This document shows, one piece after another, positions 1 through 8,390 of a stretch of DNA of 30,949 nucleotides. The stretch covers positions 1 to 30,949 of the forward strand of contig JACRIP010000076.1 of the NCBI GenBank assembly GCA_016220045.1. The letters are read 5' to 3'. The notes below the pieces were generated by a model. The model searched no databases. It was not told the origin of the DNA and saw only the letters and a program-made list of their open reading frames with translations. Origin of the DNA: Planctomycetota bacterium (GTDB lineage: Bacteria > Planctomycetota > MHYJ01 > WSZJ01 > JACPWG01). Within the stretch, counting starts at the first letter, position 1. Every line of letters begins with the position of its first letter. A program made the translations under genes and the position numbers.

Positions 1-1479
1 CAGGGCGGGCAGCGCCGTCGCGGCCGCCGCGCCGCCCGGTTCGACGCCCGCGACCCCGGACGCCGGCGCCGCACCCGGCACCGCCGCCGCCGAAGTCGCC
101 GCCGCCGCACCCGGACGGCCCCCCCACGCGGGCAGCGTCTCGATCGTCATGCGTCCGCCCTGCGGCATCGCGTCCAGCGCGTTGGTGATCAGGTTGAGAA
201 AGACCTGCTCGATCTGCGACGGGTCGGCGGGACACGAGGGCAGTTCCGGCGCGAAGTGGGTGGCCAACTCGACCTTGCGCACCGACAAGCCGGGCGAGGT
301 GAAAGCGATCAGGCGCTCCAGCAGCGCGTTGATCGACACCGGCTCGAGGATCGGCACGTGGAAGCGCATGTTGTTCAGCGCTTCGCGGATGATGCGCGCC
401 AGCCGATCGATCTGGGTTTCGACGATCTTGAGGCGGCCGCGCACCGAGCCGTCCAGGCTCTCCTCGGCGGCGAGGATCTGGATGTGCCCGGAGATGCTGT
501 TGAGCGGGGTGCCGAGCTCGTGCGCCATCTGGCTCGCGAACTGTCCGAGCGAGGCGAGGCGTTCGACGTCGCCGAGGCGGCGCTGCGCGCGGAAGAGGTC
601 CTCGTTGGCGCGCGTCAGTTCGACGTTTTTCTGTTCCAGCTCGGCGGTGGCGACCTCGATCTTCTCGCGCAGCTCCTCATTGAAACGCCCGATGCGCTCC
701 ATGAGCTGTTCGTTCTCGCGATTGGCCTCACGGATGCGGCGGAGCATCTGGTTGAAATTGTCGCCCAGCCAGCCGAACTCGTCGCGCGACTTGATCTCGA
801 CCAGGGATTCCAGGTTGCCGGCCCGGGCCTGGAGCATGGCCTCGACCAGGCGCTCGACCGGGGAGTTGATCTCCTTGCGGATGTAGACGAAGAGCACGGT
901 GATGGTGATGAGGATGAGCAGGATGGCGGAGATGACGGACTGGGTGTAGGCGGAGGAGGCAGTCTTTTCGGCGTCGAGCAGGGGGATTTCGACGCGGATG
1001 GCGCCGACGACCTTGCCTTCGCGGTGGAGCGGGGCGGCGATGTCGAGGAAGCGGTCGTCGCCGCGGTAGTAGGTGCGGTAGGCGGAGCGGTCCTCCTTGA
1101 CCGCCTGGTAGTCGGCGCGATCGGGGGCGGCTTTGACCGAGCGGTCGCGGGCGGCGACGCAATCGAGGCCGCCGTCGCGCAGGCGGATGAAGACGCGGAT
1201 GTTGGAGACGCCGTGCTTGCCGACGATGAGGCGCTGGATCTCGTTCTGGAGGCTCTCGGGGTCCTCGAGGGTCGCGCCGCGCGCGATGAAGCCGTCGAGG
1301 CTGGAGACGACGAGGTCGCCGCGCCCGCGGGAGAGGTCCTCGAGCGCGTCCCGCATGTTGTTGATGTGCAGGAACGCCATCAGGAACATGCCCGGGAGCA
1401 CGATGGCGAAGACCGCCAGGACGATGCGGAGCTTGAGGTCGAAACCCTGGGTCTCGACGCGCGCGCGATAGGTTTTCAT
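1..1479 (-). CDS. Membrane HAMP-domain sensor histidine kinase (3' end runs off the left edge)
   Basis: Manual translation from ATG at 1479 (MKTYRARVETQGFDLKLRIVLAVFAIVLPGMFLMAFL...). Two hydrophobic segments, a HAMP-like region, H-box ERLASLGQFASQMAHELGTPLNSISG and N-box QIEQVFLNLITNALDAMP. No stop before position 1, so it is absent from the ORF track. Confidence 0.93.
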   Translation of the reverse strand, partial: MKTYRARVETQGFDLKLRIVLAVFAIVLPGMFLMAFLHINNMRDALEDLSRGRGDLVVSSLDGFIARGATLEDPESLQNEIQRLIVGKHGVSNIRVFIRLRDGGLDCVAARDRSVKAAPDRADYQAVKEDRSAYRTYYRGDDRFLDIAAPLHREGKVVGAIRVEIPLLDAEKTASSAYTQSVISAILLILITITVLFVYIRKEINSPVERLVEAMLQARAGNLESLVEIKSRDEFGWLGDNFNQMLRRIREANRENEQLMERIGRFNEELREKIEVATAELEQKNVELTRANEDLFRAQRRLGDVERLASLGQFASQMAHELGTPLNSISGHIQILAAEESLDGSVRGRLKIVETQIDRLARIIREALNNMRFHVPILEPVSINALLERLIAFTSPGLSVRKVELATHFAPELPSCPADPSQIEQVFLNLITNALDAMPQGGRMTIETLPAWGGRPGAAAATSAAAVPGAAPASGVAGVEPGGAAAATALPAL

Positions 1480-1631
1480 GGCCTGGTTCAATACGGGGTT
1501 ACAGTCCCCTCCCGCTCAGGGGGAGCAAAACGGGGACATGACCTGAATTCCTGGAAGGGCCGGCGATCATCGGGGAACGTCGCTGGGATTCAGGATCGTG
1601 TCCCCGTTTTGCGGCCGACTTGAACCAGGCC
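1480..1631. mobile_element. 152-bp MITE-like non-autonomous element
   Basis: Perfect 12-bp terminal inverted repeats GGCCTGGTTCAA (1480-1491) / TTGAACCAGGCC (1620-1631), flanked directly by the 8-bp direct repeat GTTTTCAT (1472-1479 and 1632-1639). Internal inverted repeat GCAAAACGGGGACA / TGTCCCCGTTTTGC. No transposase inside. Confidence 0.85.
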
Positions 1632-1639
1632 GTTTTCAT

Positions 1640-1834
1640 CTACCCCAGAGAGATCCACTTCAGGGAAATCGCGTAGTACACGAGCACCAGCCCGACGATC
1701 ACGCAGCCGGCGACGAAGACCGTGATGTGCAGGGGGCCCTCGCCGTCGAGGAAGGGCAGGAGGCGGCGCGGGATGGGCCGCGGGACGGGGCCGGGGAAGG
1801 GGCGATCGGACGGGACGTCATCGCGATCCGGCAT
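1640..1834 (-). CDS. Small (64 aa) single-pass membrane protein
   Basis: GAGGG SD-like motif before the ATG. C-terminal hydrophobic stretch LHITVFVAGCVIVGLVLVYYAISL. Starts 6 nt after the cutA stop. Confidence 0.7.
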   Translation of the reverse strand: MPDRDDVPSDRPFPGPVPRPIPRRLLPFLDGEGPLHITVFVAGCVIVGLVLVYYAISLKWISLG

Positions 1835-1840
1835 GGCTCA

Positions 1841-2218
1841 CTATCCCTCGGGCTCGGGCTCGCTCGGATGCAGGGCGGGGGGCAGGGGCACGACCGCTTC
1901 CGCCAGCCAGCCCAGGTACGGGGCGAGTCCTCCGGCGACCGGCAACGCCACGATCTCCGGGACCTGGTAGGTGTGCAGGTCCACCACGCGCGCGGCGAGC
2001 GCGTCCAGGCGGTCGGCGGTCGTCTTGATCAGGAGCAGGACCTCCTCGTCCTCGGCGATCTTCCCTTCCCAGCGGTAGATCGAGGTCACGCCCGGCAGGA
2101 TGTTCACGCACGCGGCCAGGCGCTCCTCCACGAGAGCCCGGGCGATCACCCGAGCCGCGTCGATGCCCCCGGCGGTCACCAGGACGACGCGGGCGCGCGG
2201 GGCCTCTGCTTCCGGCAT
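1841..2218 (-). CDS. cutA: Divalent-cation tolerance protein CutA
   Basis: Motifs LVEERLAACVNI, SIYRWEGKI, E-x-LLLIKT and LHTYQVPEI. Start moved to ATG 2218, which has an AAGGA SD; the track's longer start is unsupported. Confidence 0.95.
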   Translation of the reverse strand: MPEAEAPRARVVLVTAGGIDAARVIARALVEERLAACVNILPGVTSIYRWEGKIAEDEEVLLLIKTTADRLDALAARVVDLHTYQVPEIVALPVAGGLAPYLGWLAEAVVPLPPALHPSEPEPEG

Positions 2219-2270
2219 GGTCGGTTCCTTCGTACGGGAGCGATGGGCGCGCGGCCCACGGGACCTGCGC

Positions 2271-3629
2271 TCAGGCGCCGGGGCGCTGGACCAGGTCGCG
2301 CAGGGTGACCCCGGCGGTGACCTGCTTCCAGCTCTCGTCGGCGCGTTCGAGCGCGCCGTCGACGGCACGCATCAGCTCGTCCTCGGCGACCCGGAAACTG
2401 GTGCCGTGCGTGCGCACCGCTTCCAGCACGTCGCGCAGCCGGATCGTCGCCGGATCGCGCGCGGGTACCACCCCGTGCGTGGCCGACGGCCCGAGCCGCA
2501 GGATCAGCCCGGCGCCGAGCAGCCGGTCGAGCAGCTCCTGCACCAGGCGCGTCGGCAGGTCCAGCCGCACCGCCAGCCCGTCCAGCGTCGCCGGCGGCGC
2601 GCCGCGCAGGAAGTCCTGCGTCAGCGCGCAGGCGATCTTGACCGCGGCGACCTCCACGCACCAGGCGCTCGCGCGCGGCACGCGCTCGTTGCGCTTGAAG
2701 CCGCGGCGATTCTGCACCGCGAACGAGATCTGCGCGCCGGTCAGGAAAACCACCCAGCTCACGTAGATCCAGAGCAGCAGGATCGGAATGGCGCCCAGCG
2801 TGCCGTAGACCTTGTACTGCGTCACCACCTGCGTGTTGTACCACAAATACGCCCGCTTCGTAACCTCCCACACGCTGCCGGCGATCACCGCGGCCAGCAC
2901 CGCCGACCCGAAGTACACCTTGGTGTTCGGCACGAAGCTGTAGAGGCAGGCGAAAATGATCCAGACGATGAGGAGGGGCAGGAAGATCGAGATCGCGGCG
3001 GAGATCCACTCGTTGGCGAGCAGCTCCTGGACCACCGAGCGATCCATGAAGAGCGCGGTGAGGGTGATCGAGAAGCCGATGAAGATCGGCGCGAGGGTGA
3101 GCACGGTCCAGTAGATGGCCAGGCGGGCGACGAAGGGCCGGTCCTCTTCGAGGAACCAGATGCGGTCGAGGGATTCCTCGATGTCGCGCATCAGGGAGAT
3201 GACGGTCCAGGCGAGGACGAGGAAGCCGATGCCGCCGACGGCGCCGTTGTGGATATTGTCGATCGCGTCCATGATCGCGTCGACGACCTTCTGGCCGGTG
3301 CCCTGGGCGAGGTTGCCGATGAGGAAGCTCTTGAGCCGGGCCTCGGTGGCGGAGAGGGAGCCGAAGGCGCGCAGCACCGCGAAAACGACGGCGACCGACG
3401 GGACGAGGGCGAAGACGGTCTTGTAGGTGAGGGCGGCGGCCCGGGTATTCACCTCAGCCCGGATGAAACCGTGGAAGAGCAGGACGACGGAGCGCACGAC
3501 GTCGAGCAGGAAATTGACCAGCCGCGCCTCGGGGGGCGCTTCGGCCTCCCAGAGGTCGGTGTTGACCAGTTTCCAGCCGGTGCGGACCGCGTGGGCGGCG
3601 CGATCCCAGCGCTCGAGCAGCCAGGTCAT
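2271..3629 (-). CDS. YihY/BrkB-family membrane protein with C-terminal winged-helix (Rrf2-like) extension
   Basis: YihY motifs AAALTYKTVFALVP, YSFVPNT and VYGTLGAIPILLLWIYVSW; several TM segments. C-terminal LAVRLDLPTRLVQELLDRLLGAGLI...ARDPATIRLRDVL resembles an Rrf2-type wHTH. Start taken as ATG 3629 (TTG 3647 is an alternative). Confidence 0.88.
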   Translation of the reverse strand: MTWLLERWDRAAHAVRTGWKLVNTDLWEAEAPPEARLVNFLLDVVRSVVLLFHGFIRAEVNTRAAALTYKTVFALVPSVAVVFAVLRAFGSLSATEARLKSFLIGNLAQGTGQKVVDAIMDAIDNIHNGAVGGIGFLVLAWTVISLMRDIEESLDRIWFLEEDRPFVARLAIYWTVLTLAPIFIGFSITLTALFMDRSVVQELLANEWISAAISIFLPLLIVWIIFACLYSFVPNTKVYFGSAVLAAVIAGSVWEVTKRAYLWYNTQVVTQYKVYGTLGAIPILLLWIYVSWVVFLTGAQISFAVQNRRGFKRNERVPRASAWCVEVAAVKIACALTQDFLRGAPPATLDGLAVRLDLPTRLVQELLDRLLGAGLILRLGPSATHGVVPARDPATIRLRDVLEAVRTHGTSFRVAEDELMRAVDGALERADESWKQVTAGVTLRDLVQRPGA

Positions 3630-3671
3630 CGGGCATTCCGGTCGCAACAGGGTCTGGGGGGAGCGGCGACG

Positions 3672-5057
3672 TCAGAGGGCGAAGGACTGTCCGCGCAGCG
3701 GCGCCTCGACCTGGGGCAGGCCGCCGGCGCGCAGCGATTCGGCGAGCGACAGGCACTGCTCCTCCTCGCCGTGGACGACGAAGACCCGGGGCTTGCCCGG
3801 CAGGGCGCGGGCGGCGGCCACCAGGTCGTCCTTGTCCGCGTGGGCCGAAAGCCCGTCGATGCGCGCCACTTCGGCGCGGACCGGGTACTCGACCCCGTAG
3901 ATCTTGGCGATCTTCGCGCCTTCGGCGAGGCGGCGGCCGAGCGTGTGCTCCGCCTGGAAGCCGACGAAGAGCAGGAGGTTCTTCGGGTCCTCGACGCTGT
4001 GGCGGAGGTGGTGGAGGATGCGGCCGGCCTCGCACATGCCGGAGGCGGACATGACCATGAACGGGCCGGGCCGATCGTTGAGCCGGCGCGAATCCTCGGC
4101 GGCGGTGATGTAGGTGAGCCGGGCGAAGCCGAACGGATCGCCGCCCTTGCGCACTTTCGCCAGGGTCTCGGCGTCGAGGCACTCGGGGTGCAGCGCGAAC
4201 ACGTTGGTGGCGTTGACCGCGAGGGGGCTGTCCACGAAGAGGGGCATCGGCGGCAGCTTGCCCTCGTTGAAGAGGTCGTGGAGGATGGAAACGAGGCCCT
4301 GGGTGCGGCCTACGGCGAACGCCGGACAGACGATCTTGCCGCCGCGGTCGTAGGCGCGCTTGACCACCTGCAGGATGGCGTCCTTGACGCTGCCCACCTC
4401 GGAGTGGCGCCGGTTGCCGTAGGTGCTCTCGATGATGAGCGCGTCGGCGGGCGGGAGGCTCGCAGGGTCGCGGGTGACCGGGAAGTTCTTGCGGCCGAGG
4501 TCGCCGGTGAAGTCGAGGCGGCGGGTGGTGCCGTTCTCGGTCAGGGTGAGCGCCACCTGGGCGGAGCCGAGAATGTGGCCGGCCTCGAGGAAGCGGAACT
4601 GGACGCCGGGGGCGGCGGTAAAGGTCCGGTCGTAGGGCACGCTCGCGAAGTGCCCGAGCGCCGCGATCGCGTCCGCCTGGGTGTAGAGGGGTTCGACGCA
4701 GGGTTCGCCGTTCTTGCGTCGCTTGTTGACGATCTGGCAGTCCATTTCCTGGATGTGGCCGCTGTCCTGGAGCATGTAGCGGCAGAGATCGGCGGTCGCG
4801 GCGGTGGAGTAGACTTCGCCCTGGAAACCGCGCTTGACCAGGGTCGGGATGGTCCCCGCGTGATCGAGGTGGGCGTGGGAGAGGATGACGGCGTCGAGGC
4901 CGGCGGGGTCGAAGGGCAGGTTGCGATTGCGTTCCGCGGCCTCTGCGCGGCGGCCCTGGTAGAGGCCGCAGTCGAGCAGCACGCGCCGGCCGCCGACGTC
5001 GAGGAGGTGCATCGAGCCGGTCACGGTGCGCGCAGCGCCCCAGATCGTCAGCTTCAC
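3672..5057 (-). CDS. MBL-fold metallo-hydrolase, beta-CASP / RNA-specificity type (putative ribonuclease)
   Basis: N-terminal GAARTVTGSMHL; motifs LLDCG, SHAHLDH, AGHILGS, FTGDLG, ESTYG, AFAVGRTQ and SAHAD. GTG start at 5057 with a GAGAGGA SD. Confidence 0.93.
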   Translation of the reverse strand: MKLTIWGAARTVTGSMHLLDVGGRRVLLDCGLYQGRRAEAAERNRNLPFDPAGLDAVILSHAHLDHAGTIPTLVKRGFQGEVYSTAATADLCRYMLQDSGHIQEMDCQIVNKRRKNGEPCVEPLYTQADAIAALGHFASVPYDRTFTAAPGVQFRFLEAGHILGSAQVALTLTENGTTRRLDFTGDLGRKNFPVTRDPASLPPADALIIESTYGNRRHSEVGSVKDAILQVVKRAYDRGGKIVCPAFAVGRTQGLVSILHDLFNEGKLPPMPLFVDSPLAVNATNVFALHPECLDAETLAKVRKGGDPFGFARLTYITAAEDSRRLNDRPGPFMVMSASGMCEAGRILHHLRHSVEDPKNLLLFVGFQAEHTLGRRLAEGAKIAKIYGVEYPVRAEVARIDGLSAHADKDDLVAAARALPGKPRVFVVHGEEEQCLSLAESLRAGGLPQVEAPLRGQSFAL

Positions 5058-5075
5058 GTCAATCCTCTCACGGGG

Positions 5076-5115
5076 GGTTTGGAGGTTTCGGGGTTTGGAC
5101 GTTTTGAAGTTGCTG
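5076..5115 (-). repeat. Degenerate octamer tandem array (TCCAAACC-like on the minus strand)
   Basis: 8-nt periodic units GGTTTGGA, GGTTTCGG, GGTTTGGA, CGTTTTGA, AGTTGCTG. Confidence 0.7.
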
Positions 5116-5137
5116 GAAGCCCGAACCCAACCGGGAA

Positions 5138-5166
5138 ATTCTACCCGGATTGAAGCGGAACGTCCA
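5138..5166 (-). promoter_or_regulatory. Possible sigma70-type promoter for the MBL-hydrolase run
   Basis: Minus strand TGGACG-17 bp-TAGAAT. Confidence 0.4.
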
Positions 5167-5179
5167 GCGTCGGCAACGG

Positions 5180-5208
5180 TTGCATTCAGGCCGGGTGACC
5201 GATATAAT
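5180..5208 (+). promoter_or_regulatory. Sigma70-type promoter for the M32 carboxypeptidase
   Basis: TTGCAT (5180-5185), 17-bp spacer, TATAAT (5203-5208). Confidence 0.7.
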
Positions 5209-5214
5209 CCGCGC

Positions 5215-5246
5215 CCCAAACGTCCAAACCTCCGAACTTCCAAACC
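5215..5246 (+). repeat. Octamer tandem array (TCCAAACC-like)
   Basis: Units CCCAAACG, TCCAAACC, TCCGAACT, TCCAAACC. Confidence 0.75.
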
Positions 5247-5293
5247 CGGTCCCGGCCGCCGCCGCCGGGCGGGATTCGCGTGGAGAGCTCCGC

Positions 5294-6817
5294 ATGACCA
5301 CCGCCCTTCCGCCCGCCTACGATGAACTCCTCCGCCGCTGCCGCGAGACGCGGCTCCTGGCTTCGTGCATGAGCCTCCTGGAGTGGGACGAGCGCACGTA
5401 CATGCCGCCGGCGGGCGCGGGGCATCGCGCCGAGCAGCTTGGCCAGCTCGCGGGGATGGTGCACAAGATGGGGACCGATCCGCGCATCGGGGAGTTGCTG
5501 GAGGCAAACCGGACGGCGATGCGCGGCCTGGAAGCGGACGCCCCCGCCGCGGTCAACGTGCGGGAAATCGGCCGCGGCTACGACCGCGCCCGCAAGCTCC
5601 CGCAGGAGCTGGTCGAGGAGATCGCCCGCACGCGCGCGCTCGCGGAGTCCGCCTGGGCCGCTGCGCGCAAGGCCTCCGACTTCGCCGCCTTCCGCCCCTG
5701 GCTGGAGAAGATCGTCGGACTCAAGCGCCGCGAAGCCGAGATCGTGAGCGACGGCAAGGGCGACCGTTACGATGCCCTGCTCGACGAGTACGAGCCGGGC
5801 GAAACCTCCGCGGAACTCACCCGACTCTTCGCGGGCCTGCGCGACGAACTGGTGCCGCTGGTCGCCGCCATCCAGGGCGCCGCGCGCCGACCCGACGTCG
5901 CCCTCCTCGAACGCGACTACCCGGTGGAAACCCAGGAGTCCTTCGGCCGCGCCGCCGCCGCCGCCATCGGCTTCGATTTCAACGCCGGCCGCCTCGACGT
6001 CACCACCCATCCCTTCTGCGATCGGATCGGACCGGGGGATACCCGGATCACCACCCGCTTCGACCCCCGCCACTTCAACGCGGCGCTCTTCGGCATCCTC
6101 CACGAGGCCGGCCACGGCCTCTACGAACAGGGCCTGCCGGGCGCGCACTTCGGCGCCCCGCTCGGGACGTTCGTGTCGATGGGTATCCACGAGTCGCAGT
6201 CGCGGCTCTGGGAGAACCTGGTCGGCCGCAGCCGCGGCTTCTGGCGCGCCTTTTACCCGAAGGCCCAGGCCGCCTTCCCCGCGGCCCTCGGGAATACCCC
6301 TGAAGAGGCCTTCTACTTCGCGATCAACGACGTGCGGCCGTCCTTCATCCGCGTCGAGGCGGACGAGGCGACCTACAACCTGCACATCATCGTGCGTTTC
6401 GAGCTGGAACGCGCGCTGATCGGGGGCGAACTGGCGCCGGCGGACGTGCCCGGGGCGTGGAACGAGAAGTTCAGGAAGTACCTGGGGCTGACGCCGCCGA
6501 ACGACGCGAGCGGGTGCCTGCAGGACGTGCACTGGAGCGGCGGGCTGATCGGGTACTTCCCGACCTACACGCTCGGGAACCTGTATGCCTCGCAGCTTTT
6601 CGCGGCGGCGCGGCGCGACCTGGGCGATCTGGATGCGGCCTTCGCGCGCGGGGAGTTCGGAGCGCTCAAAGAGTGGCTGGCGGAGAAGATCCACCGCCAC
6701 GGGATGCGCTGGCGCGCGCAGGAGCTGGTGCAGCGGGTGACCGGGGAGCCGCGCAGCCACCGGGCGCTGATTGATCATCTGCGCGCGCGCTTCGGGCCGC
6801 TGTACGGGGTGGCGTAG
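5294..6817 (+). CDS. Carboxypeptidase M32 (Taq carboxypeptidase family)
   Basis: LLEWDERTYMP, TTHPFC, DTRITTR, zinc motif HEAGH, HESQS, IRVEADE, GCLQDVHWSGG and GYFPTYTLGNLY. ATG 5294 with GGAGAG upstream. Confidence 0.96.
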   Translation: MTTALPPAYDELLRRCRETRLLASCMSLLEWDERTYMPPAGAGHRAEQLGQLAGMVHKMGTDPRIGELLEANRTAMRGLEADAPAAVNVREIGRGYDRARKLPQELVEEIARTRALAESAWAAARKASDFAAFRPWLEKIVGLKRREAEIVSDGKGDRYDALLDEYEPGETSAELTRLFAGLRDELVPLVAAIQGAARRPDVALLERDYPVETQESFGRAAAAAIGFDFNAGRLDVTTHPFCDRIGPGDTRITTRFDPRHFNAALFGILHEAGHGLYEQGLPGAHFGAPLGTFVSMGIHESQSRLWENLVGRSRGFWRAFYPKAQAAFPAALGNTPEEAFYFAINDVRPSFIRVEADEATYNLHIIVRFELERALIGGELAPADVPGAWNEKFRKYLGLTPPNDASGCLQDVHWSGGLIGYFPTYTLGNLYASQLFAAARRDLGDLDAAFARGEFGALKEWLAEKIHRHGMRWRAQELVQRVTGEPRSHRALIDHLRARFGPLYGVA

Positions 6818-6887
6818 CGCCCATCGCTCCCCATGACCGGGGTTGCGGACCCGGTCGGGGTCGCGCCGTTTTCGCGATCGTCGGGAT

Positions 6888-7036
<149 letters not shown>

Positions 7037-7141
7037 ATACGCGACCGCGGGCGCGGGCGAGCACGCGGGCGGCGGCGTGGGACCGGGAGGGAAGGGGGAC
7101 GAGAACAACCGATGGCCGCTCCCTCCCCTCCTCCCCGCCCC

Positions 7142-8365
7142 CTACACCACCTCGCCCTTCGACAGCACCACCACGCCCCCCTCGCTGACGCGGAAACGCC
7201 GCCGGTCATCCGCGAGATTGTACCCGATCTCGGTCCCCTCGGGGATCTTCACGTCCTTGTCGATGATCGCCCGCCGGACCTTCGCGTAGCGACCGATTTC
7301 GACCCCTTCAAAGAGGATCGATTCCCGCACCTGGGAGTAGCTGTTGACGCGCACCCGCGGCGAGAGGATCGAGTTCTGCACCCGCCCGCCGCTGACGATG
7401 CAACCTTGCGCCACCAGCGAGTCGAGCGCCACGCCGAGCCGGCCTCCGGGATACTCCTGAGCAAACACGAACTTGGGCGGCGGGTCCACGCTCGGCGCCG
7501 TGCGGATCGGCCAGTCGGTGTCGTAGAGATTGAAGTGCGGGCTCACCGAGATCAGGTCCATGTTGGCTTCGAAGTAGGCATCGATCGTGCCCACGTCGCG
7601 CCAGTACTTCGCTTCCTTCTTGTTCTTGTCCTGGAAGCGGAAGGCGCAGACCTTGTGGGTGGTGAGAATACGGGGGATGATGTCCTTGCCGAAGTCGTGG
7701 CTGGACTCGGGGTCGGCGGCGTCGCGGTTGAGCATCGCGGTGAGCGGGGCGGCGGTAAAGACGTAGATGCCCATGGAGGCGAGGCAGAGGTCGGGGTTGC
7801 CGGGCGTGGGCTTGGGGTCCTTCGGCTTCTCCTGGAAGCCCCGGACCATGTCGGCGCCGTCCACCTCCAGAATTCCGAAGCCCAGGGCCTGGGGCTTGGG
7901 CACCTCGACGACCGAAACCGTCATGTCCGCGCCGTTCTCGATGTGGTGGCGGATCATCTCGGCGTAGTCCATCTTGTAGATGTGGTCGCCGGCGACGACG
8001 AGGATGTAGCGCGGATCCTCGCGTTCGATGGAGTACAGGTTCTGGTAGATCGCGTCGGCGGTGCCCTGGTACCAGGTGTCGCCCACGCGCATCTGAGGCG
8101 GCACGGTCTCAATGTATTCCCCGAGGGAGCTGGAAAGGAAGGACCAGCCGTCGCGCAGGTGACGCGCGAGCGAGACGTTCTTGTACTGGACCAGCACCTG
8201 GATGCGGCGCAGACCCGAGTTGAGGCAGTTGGACAGCGTGAAATCGACGAGGCGGTAGATCCCGCCGAAGGGGACGGCGGGCTTGGCGCGGTGGCGCGTG
8301 AGCGGCTCCAGCCGGTCGCCGCGGCCGCCGGCCAGGAGCATCACCAGGACGTCGCGGGAGTCCAT
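7142..8365 (-). CDS. glgC: Glucose-1-phosphate adenylyltransferase (ADP-glucose pyrophosphorylase)
   Basis: LAGGRGDRLEPLTRHRAKPAVPFGGIYR, WYQGTADAIYQN, GDHIYKMDY, FQEKP, SMGIYVF, DFGKDIIP, YWRDVGT and a C-terminal beta-helix. ATG 8365 with an AAGGAAGG SD. Confidence 0.97.
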   Translation of the reverse strand: MDSRDVLVMLLAGGRGDRLEPLTRHRAKPAVPFGGIYRLVDFTLSNCLNSGLRRIQVLVQYKNVSLARHLRDGWSFLSSSLGEYIETVPPQMRVGDTWYQGTADAIYQNLYSIEREDPRYILVVAGDHIYKMDYAEMIRHHIENGADMTVSVVEVPKPQALGFGILEVDGADMVRGFQEKPKDPKPTPGNPDLCLASMGIYVFTAAPLTAMLNRDAADPESSHDFGKDIIPRILTTHKVCAFRFQDKNKKEAKYWRDVGTIDAYFEANMDLISVSPHFNLYDTDWPIRTAPSVDPPPKFVFAQEYPGGRLGVALDSLVAQGCIVSGGRVQNSILSPRVRVNSYSQVRESILFEGVEIGRYAKVRRAIIDKDVKIPEGTEIGYNLADDRRRFRVSEGGVVVLSKGEVV

Positions 8366-8390
8366 GCGGCCTTCCTTGCGTGGGAGGTGC

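Noticed and set aside
149-1623. Plus-strand ORFs 149-886 and 256-1623
   Set aside because: Antisense shadows of the histidine kinase; no motifs, and typical of high-GC DNA with few stops.
2100-5153. 1017-aa plus-strand ORF
   Set aside because: Shadow of the YihY and MBL-hydrolase genes, which have clear family motifs on the minus strand.
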